Assembly (NCBI GenBank): GCA_018303825.1
Contig: JAGVXK010000006.1
Location: 1-10,511 of the forward strand
Source of the DNA: Candidatus Pacearchaeota archaeon
GTDB lineage: Archaea; Nanobdellota; Nanobdellia; Pacearchaeales; GW2011-AR1
Direction of reading: 5' to 3'
DNA: 10,511 nucleotides
Both the position numbers and the translations under genes were made by a program. Shown here piece by piece: positions 1 to 4,778 of the stretch (the stretch's first letter is position 1; each line of letters opens with the position of its first letter). The notes beneath the pieces were generated by a model. The model made no database searches. It was not told the DNA's origin and saw nothing but the letters and a program-made list of their open reading frames with translations.

Positions 1-50
1 AAATTATTAGATTACCAATGTTTAGAGCTAGTTTATTGAGCCCAATAAAC

Positions 51-58
51 TTTAAATA
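51..58 (+). promoter_or_regulatory. Archaeal TATA box (TTTAAATA) for the 80..2101 gene, probably leaderless transcript
   Basis: TTTAAATA preceded by an A-rich BRE-like stretch (CAATAAAC). 21 nt separate it from the ATG at 80, the same spacing as two other promoters in the window. Confidence 0.7.
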
Positions 59-79
59 TTATCTTTCTTATCAGGGAAC

Positions 80-2101
80 ATGAAAAAGAGAGGTATAATG
101 TCAGTTTTACTAGTTTTTGCCTTGATTTTGGTTTTAGCAATGCCTTTAATATCAGCATCTATAACTTTTGATAATCAAACATCAACTATTTACAATTTAG
201 GAGATGATTTTTCAATAACCGCAACCATAAGTCAGTCATCAACAACAAATTCCTTCTTTTCAACGAAGTTATCCTGCCCAAGCAATTCCAATGATGTTGA
301 AATCTTTCGAGCCCCATATAAAATACTTTCAGGTGAACAAAAAACACTGACAATAGAAGCAAAATTAGAGCAATCTTTGATAAGCAATCTAAAAGGTCAG
401 TGCATAATCAAGGGAGAATATTCTACTGACGTTGCAACTTCAAATCCCTTCGAGATAACAAATGAAGTAATTATCAGTTCAAACGTGAATGTAACAGAAT
501 TCAATCCCGGAGAAACAATAAGCATTGATGGGACAGCCATAAAGAAAAATAATGCTCCCTTAGAAGGATTTGTTCATGTAGCCCTTTCTGAACTGGGAAT
601 AGATATTGAACAGCCAGTCGCTTCAGGGGAATTTGCTATTACTTTTGATATCCCAAAGAATGCAAAAGCCAAATCATATATTTTAGGCTTGGAAGTCTAT
701 GAAAAAGATGAATTCAATGAAACAACCAATTCAGGAAGCTCATCCCTGACTTTTAATATAAATCAGATAGCAACTGAATTAGAGATAGCAACAAATCTAC
801 AGCAAATAAAGCCGGGGCAGGAATTAACTTATTCCATATCACTAGCAGACCAGTCCGGAGAAAATATCCCTGATAAAGATATCACTTTGATAATAACTAA
901 ACCAGACAAATCGATTGCAGAATCAAAGATATTGAAGTCAGGCGAGTCTGGCTCTTTTGCAACACAAGCTGATTCTACTGCAGGAATTTGGACATTAGAT
1001 GTTACCATAGAAAACTTAACTTCTCAGAGATTATTTGCAATAGAAGAACTTGCAAGCGCATCTTTCTCTTTAGTTAATGATACATTGTACATTCAAAACA
1101 ATGGAAATGTTCCATACAGGAAGACAATTGACATTCTGATAGGGGAAAATAAAACTCTTAAGCAGGATTTGGATATTCCTTTAGCTGGAGTCGCCCAGTT
1201 CAAACTCTCTGCTCCAGAAGGAGAGTATGAAATAAAAGTTAACACTGGAGAAACAACAGAATCACTGGGGAAAGCATATTTAACAGGAAGGGCAATAGAT
1301 GCTCAAAGTTTGAAGGAGATAGCAGGAAGCAGGTATGCAATAGGATTCTGGATTGCTTTGATTCTTGTTCTTGCCTGGATTGTCTTCAGATATTACAGAA
1401 AGACAAGAAGTCCAGCATATAAAGGAAGTTCCCCTGCAAGTTTTGCCTCTCCAATAAAGGTCTCTTCCAATGTTCCTTCAACTCAACCAACATCAGGTTC
1501 ATCAGGCAAATCAACTTCGCCAAATGCAGTCATTGCATCATCAATAAATCAAGGTGATAAGCAGGATTGTTTGGTTATTGCATTGAAGATCAGAAATTTA
1601 GAAACAATAAAAGAATCAAAATCAAATGCAATGGAATCAATCTCCCTTGCATTGGCAAAAGCCCGTGAATTGAAAGCTTCAGTTTATGAGCAGAACGAAT
1701 TCAGAATAATGGTAATTCCTAAATCAACTGCAAAGGAAGAGCTGGCATTAACAGGGGCAAAGCTAGTAAAGAGCATTGACTCTCTGCTAACCGAACATAA
1801 TAAGAAATATACTCAAAAGATAAGTTATGGAATTGGAGCTAATATAGGGGAGTTAATTGTTGAAAGAATCCAAGGCAAGTTCAAGTTCAGCCAAATAGGA
1901 AATACGATACAAACGGCAAGAAAGATTGCAGAGATTGCGAAGGAAGAAGCTCTTATCTCTGAAAAAATAAGAAATCAGGCGATGAAAGACATTAAAGTTG
2001 AAAGAAAAGGTGACTATTGGACCATTTCAATGATAAAAGACCATTCAGCTCATAGCGAATTCATTAACCGATTTATGAACAGGAACAAGCTTTCCGGATA
2101 G
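80..2101 (+). CDS. Single-pass membrane protein with Ig-like ectodomain and C-terminal adenylate/guanylate cyclase-like (class III) domain, likely catalytically degenerate
   Basis: 673-aa ORF. Signal peptide MKKRGIMSVLLVFALILVLAMPLISA; about 390 aa of beta-rich ectodomain; TM YAIGFWIALILVLAWIVF (about 1334-1387) followed by RYYRK; Ser/Pro linker. C-terminal motifs YGIGANIGEL (from 1826) and GNTIQTARKI...ALISE (from 1898) align by eye to cyclase motifs GIGIHTGEV and GDTVNLASRL...ILISE. Confidence 0.8.
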   Translation: MKKRGIMSVLLVFALILVLAMPLISASITFDNQTSTIYNLGDDFSITATISQSSTTNSFFSTKLSCPSNSNDVEIFRAPYKILSGEQKTLTIEAKLEQSLISNLKGQCIIKGEYSTDVATSNPFEITNEVIISSNVNVTEFNPGETISIDGTAIKKNNAPLEGFVHVALSELGIDIEQPVASGEFAITFDIPKNAKAKSYILGLEVYEKDEFNETTNSGSSSLTFNINQIATELEIATNLQQIKPGQELTYSISLADQSGENIPDKDITLIITKPDKSIAESKILKSGESGSFATQADSTAGIWTLDVTIENLTSQRLFAIEELASASFSLVNDTLYIQNNGNVPYRKTIDILIGENKTLKQDLDIPLAGVAQFKLSAPEGEYEIKVNTGETTESLGKAYLTGRAIDAQSLKEIAGSRYAIGFWIALILVLAWIVFRYYRKTRSPAYKGSSPASFASPIKVSSNVPSTQPTSGSSGKSTSPNAVIASSINQGDKQDCLVIALKIRNLETIKESKSNAMESISLALAKARELKASVYEQNEFRIMVIPKSTAKEELALTGAKLVKSIDSLLTEHNKKYTQKISYGIGANIGELIVERIQGKFKFSQIGNTIQTARKIAEIAKEEALISEKIRNQAMKDIKVERKGDYWTISMIKDHSAHSEFINRFMNRNKLSG

Positions 2102-2175
2102 GTTTGTTTTAGCATGAGTCTATAACATAAAACTACTCTAAATTTAATGACATAAACTAATAAGACCATATTAAG

Positions 2176-2235
2176 AATTATATTTTAACAATATAAAAAT
2201 TGATAAGATAATATTATAAATTATATTTCAACAAT
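2176..2235 (+). repeat. 17-bp imperfect direct repeat pair in an AT-rich intergenic region
   Basis: AATTATATTTTAACAAT (2176-2192) and AATTATATTTCAACAAT (2219-2235), 16/17 identical, 43-bp period. Confidence 0.5.
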
Positions 2236-2272
2236 TAACAGGTAATAAAGTAAAAACTACAATAAATAATTA

Positions 2273-2289
2273 TTTTTTTTCTCTTTTTT
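2273..2289 (+). terminator. Candidate archaeal oligo-T terminator for 80..2101
   Basis: T8-CTC-T6 tract on the + strand downstream of the gene. Oligo-T tracts terminate archaeal transcription, but this one lies about 170 nt past the stop. Confidence 0.35.
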
Positions 2290-2314
2290 GGATATAATCT
2301 TATTCTCTTATCTC

Positions 2315-2689
2315 TTATAACTTTCTCAGATTATCTTGATCTAAGAAATATGCGTCTCGTCCCGCAATATGTCCAACTATGCCTTTAATCATCCTGCCTA
2401 TTTCTTCCATAGCATTTCTGGGAAGTCCAAGCTCTCTTGCTTTTGACAATGCATAAGCCTTTAGGCATTGAGGGCAGCATATCTTTTCATTATTTTCCAA
2501 TTCCACGACGGCATTTCTCTCACTAAAAGACTCTATTTCAGATATTAAATCATCAGGAATGATGGCTCCTTTCAACAGAGCGTCCATCTTTTTGTCAAGA
2601 AGATAGCTTCTGAAACCCTGTCTTACTACATCAAACGAGAGTTCAAGTGCCTGAGAATCTTTTTGTATTGTCATGTTGAAGAAGTGCAA
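2315..2689 (-). CDS. Hypothetical protein with CCPQC motif (119-124 aa; start either TTG 2689 or ATG 2674)
   Basis: Helical, protein-like ORF with no competing ORF. In-frame TAA at 2704-2702 bounds it upstream. CxxC suggests metal or redox chemistry. No family recognised. Confidence 0.7.
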   Translation of the reverse strand: MHFFNMTIQKDSQALELSFDVVRQGFRSYLLDKKMDALLKGAIIPDDLISEIESFSERNAVVELENNEKICCPQCLKAYALSKARELGLPRNAMEEIGRMIKGIVGHIAGRDAYFLDQDNLRKL

Positions 2690-2802
2690 GATCCAGGAGG
2701 TTTATCCTGTTATTACTTGCAATAAATCGGAGAAGTAAAGACGCAACTGGCTAACTTAATTGTTCTTTTCATTCCATGATTAACCCAGCCACGCTGTTCC
2801 AT
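2685..2802 (-). promoter_or_regulatory. Structured 5' leader with two hairpins upstream of the 124-aa gene
   Basis: Hairpin 1: 2796-2779 (CAGC-G-UGGCUGGGUUAAU) pairs with 2760-2744 (AUUAAGUUAGCCAGUUG), 16 pairs including 3 G-U, one G-G mismatch, one bulge. Hairpin 2: UGCAAG (2721-2716)/CUUGCA (2690-2685) enclosing CAGGA/UCCUG with a 6-nt loop. Paired by hand, not by a folding program. Confidence 0.5.
2713..2802 (-). CDS. Candidate 29-aa leader peptide / small protein MEQRGWVNHGMKRTIKLASCVFTSPIYCK
   Basis: ATG at 2802 lies 21 nt after TATA box TATATAAA (2831-2824), matching the spacing of the genes at 80 and 2947. Ends in tandem TAA TAA. Below the ORF-track length cut-off. Confidence 0.45.
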   Translation of the reverse strand: MEQRGWVNHGMKRTIKLASCVFTSPIYCK

Positions 2803-2823
2803 AAAAAATTCAGGCTCTTTGGG

Positions 2824-2831
2824 TTTATATA
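2824..2831 (-). promoter_or_regulatory. Archaeal TATA box (TATATAAA) of the leftward transcript
   Basis: Minus strand reads CATAAAA-TATATAAA, a BRE-like A-run followed by TATA; predicted TSS near 2802. Confidence 0.6.
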
Positions 2832-2860
2832 TTTTATGCAAGATTTGGCTATGCGTAAAA

Positions 2861-2885
2861 CTTAGAATATCGACGATATTTTAAG
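2861..2885. promoter_or_regulatory. 25-bp palindrome, candidate dimeric transcription-factor operator
   Basis: CTTA-G-AATATCG-A-CGATATT-T-TAAG, 11 of 12 arm positions complementary, between two divergent TATA boxes. Confidence 0.55.
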
Positions 2886-2917
2886 ATGTTAACTTAACAG
2901 AAGCGAGATAAAAAAGA

Positions 2918-2925
2918 TTTATAAA
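2918..2925 (+). promoter_or_regulatory. Archaeal TATA box (TTTATAAA) for the 2947 gene, probably leaderless
   Basis: Preceded by GATAAAAAAGA (BRE-like); 21 nt to the ATG at 2947. Confidence 0.7.
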
Positions 2926-2946
2926 ATCAAATCTCTTAGATAAGGT

Positions 2947-3177
2947 ATGGCTTGGAAGACATATCTTGTAATGTATTTTGGCACAAAGGAAGTTGGCGTA
3001 GCGGAAATTGCAAGAAGAGTCGAAGACCTGGGATTCAAAACCACATTCGGAAGTGTTGATTTTGAATATATTTGGAACAAACAGCCGACAAAAGAGGAAG
3101 TTTTTTCTCTGGGAGATAAATTGGTAAAAGCCTTGAAAGATACTGGTGCTGTTTTCAATCTTGACACCCATGACTAA
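2947..3177 (+). CDS. Small hypothetical protein, predicted ferredoxin-like (beta-alpha-beta-beta-alpha-beta) fold
   Basis: 76 aa with a well-spaced promoter. Alternating strand/helix pattern: TYLVMYF / VAEIARRVEDLG / FKTT / VDFEYIW / KEEVFSLGDKLVKALK / AVFNLDT. Resembles small uncharacterised archaeal proteins as I recall them. Confidence 0.8.
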   Translation: MAWKTYLVMYFGTKEVGVAEIARRVEDLGFKTTFGSVDFEYIWNKQPTKEEVFSLGDKLVKALKDTGAVFNLDTHD

Positions 3178-3199
3178 TTTTAACAGTTATTTTGTATTA

Positions 3200-3280
3200 A
3201 TGTCTTGTCCATTAGACTCTGTAACTCAATTACTGATGGAGGAGATAGTCGCCAATCTTATTGCTAGTTTTAAGAAATAA
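3200..3280 (+). CDS. Possible 26-aa small ORF MSCPLDSVTQLLMEEIVANLIASFKK
   Basis: Starts 22 nt after the 76-aa stop and fills most of the gap to the convergent gene. Reads as an amphipathic helix. No RBS or TATA at the expected spacing. Confidence 0.2.
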   Translation: MSCPLDSVTQLLMEEIVANLIASFKK

Positions 3281-3291
3281 TTTATAATAAT

Positions 3292-3474
3292 TTAAAGAAT
3301 TCCAAGGACTTCATCCTCGCTTTCATCATCTTTGTCATCCAAGTCTTTTTTATTATCTTCAGAAAATTCTTTTTCTCTTTCTTTGCTTCCAAGGTGTTTT
3401 TCGCAGAATCTTTGACCGGTAGGTATCTTTTTCCCGCACACCTCGCAGAAGCTTAGTTCCATTACATAACCCAT
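3292..3474 (-). CDS. 60-aa Zn-finger/Zn-ribbon protein (CxxC-x10-CxxH) with acidic tail, DUF2116-like pattern
   Basis: CEVCGKKIPTGQRFCEKH followed by an Asp/Glu-rich tail. GGAG at 3484-3481 lies 6 nt before ATG 3474, which favours this start over 3486. Confidence 0.7.
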   Translation of the reverse strand: MGYVMELSFCEVCGKKIPTGQRFCEKHLGSKEREKEFSEDNKKDLDDKDDESEDEVLGIL

Positions 3475-3505
3475 TATTATCTCCATCCTTTATGGTATTT
3501 AAACA

Positions 3506-4693
3506 TTATTTAAAATCAATTGAAGCCATGTATTTTATCTCCTCTTTGAGTTTGTCTTTTCTATTGATTAGTTTATCTTTCCTTCTGTTTATAACATCAA
3601 TACCGGACATTATAGTTTCCAGTTCGTTTTTAATATTTTTTTGTTCTTCTCCTAAAGATTTAATCTTTTCCTCACTTTTCGTTGAAAATTGCTTATTCAA
3701 TTCAATTGACTGGTTTCTTAATACCTTTATAAGTTCCTTTTGATTTTCATCAACCAACAGCCTTTCAAATTCAAATTCTTTATCTTCTATTAAGGCTAAA
3801 GCAAAATTGTTGGAATATTTTTTAATAATCCAATGCATTTTCTCAATAGAGTGATATTTTTTGCCTAATTCTTTGAAATCTATATTCATTTTCAGCTCTC
3901 GGATTTTTCTTTCTATTTCTTTCTTTTCTATTTCTTTATTCTCTCTTTTTTTCATATCCATCTCATAATCTTTGCTTTTTTTGATGTCTTCAATTTGCTT
4001 TTCTATTTTTTCATGGTTATTTTCTATTTCAGAGCTTTTCCTTTTTTGCTCTTCTAACAACAATATTAAACTTTCTTCCTGTTTTTTCGAATCTTTTAAT
4101 TCTGAGAAAAGAATGTGCAAGGCATTTATCGATTCATATTCTTTGAAAAAAAACTCGTTTTCTCTTTCAATCAAGATTATTTCATCAGAAAATTCTTTTA
4201 TCATCATTTTAAGATTTTCCATCTCTTTTCCAATTAAAATTGTGCCTTTTTGAAATGGGGTAATTGAGGCTCGATAAAATTCATTTAGGTTTTCCACTAT
4301 TTTCTCTAAAATTATTTTTGTTTCGGTTTCACTACTTTCATTTTTTCCCTTATTTTCACTGATTTCTATTAATTTCGAATTTAATCTGAGCATCAGAGAA
4401 GCATACAGATTTGAATTTTCCTTAACAATTAGTTTTAAACGCTCTTCCTCTTTTCTTTTATTTAAATCAACATTTCTCAGAGCATTAATTCCTTTATCTA
4501 AATTTTCCCCTAATTCTTTTATCCTGCTGATTATCAAACTTTTAATTTCAGCCTCCTTTTTGCTTATTTTTTTTGTTTTTTCTTCCAAAAGCAGGGGAAT
4601 ATTATCAAAATTAATGGCTTTCGTAGGAGTTCCATTTTTAATTTCATTCTCCTCTTTAGTCATAATGCTTTTTATTTTATCTAACCATGACAT
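3506..4693 (-). CDS. 395-aa Lys/Glu-rich coiled-coil protein, function unknown
   Basis: Long heptad-like charged helices; no Walker motifs, TM or signal peptide. GGAG (4702-4699) lies 5 nt before ATG 4693 (MSWLDKIK). The track start at 4726 falls between the TATA-like box and the predicted TSS. Confidence 0.8.
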   Translation of the reverse strand: MSWLDKIKSIMTKEENEIKNGTPTKAINFDNIPLLLEEKTKKISKKEAEIKSLIISRIKELGENLDKGINALRNVDLNKRKEEERLKLIVKENSNLYASLMLRLNSKLIEISENKGKNESSETETKIILEKIVENLNEFYRASITPFQKGTILIGKEMENLKMMIKEFSDEIILIERENEFFFKEYESINALHILFSELKDSKKQEESLILLLEEQKRKSSEIENNHEKIEKQIEDIKKSKDYEMDMKKRENKEIEKKEIERKIRELKMNIDFKELGKKYHSIEKMHWIIKKYSNNFALALIEDKEFEFERLLVDENQKELIKVLRNQSIELNKQFSTKSEEKIKSLGEEQKNIKNELETIMSGIDVINRRKDKLINRKDKLKEEIKYMASIDFK

Positions 4694-4729
4694 ATTATCT
4701 CCAATAATAACAGGTATAAGAAGCATTGG

Positions 4730-4737
4730 TATATATG
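4730..4737 (-). promoter_or_regulatory. Candidate TATA box (CATATATA) for the coiled-coil / Zn-finger pair
   Basis: The 21-nt spacing rule puts the TSS at A4708, giving a 15-nt leader that contains GGAG. Imperfect TATA consensus. Confidence 0.4.
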
Positions 4738-4778
4738 TTCTATGCTTTTCAATTCTCTATTCATAAGAGTAGATTATA

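Noticed and set aside
2315-2689. NrdD C-terminal Zn-ribbon or other named family for the 124-aa protein
   Set aside because: Only a CxxC is shared; the glycyl-radical RxxGY motif is absent.
2911-2935. Second palindrome GATTT-ATA-AAATC over the TATA box of the 76-aa gene
   Set aside because: Only 5-bp arms in AT-rich sequence, largely explained by the TATA box itself.
2881-3171. Minus-strand ORFs 2881..3171 and 2919..3167
   Set aside because: Antisense shadows of the 76-aa gene, which has the well-spaced promoter; they also run over its TATA box.
3200-3265. Fluoride riboswitch or hammerhead ribozyme (CTGATGG, CCTCCAT, short pseudoknot-like helices)
   Set aside because: Hammerhead core needs CUGAUGA plus GAAA; fluoride P1/P3 pairings do not close on either strand; helices are only 4-5 bp and the site is between convergent genes.
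3506-4693. SMC/Rad50 call for the coiled-coil protein
   Set aside because: No Walker A/B, signature motif, hinge or Zn-hook visible, and too short.
3492-4766. Plus-strand hydrophobic ORFs 3492..3743, 3972..4253 and 4560..4766
   Set aside because: Phe/Leu/Ser/Ile richness is the expected reverse complement of Lys/Glu codons in the coiled-coil gene; not real membrane proteins.
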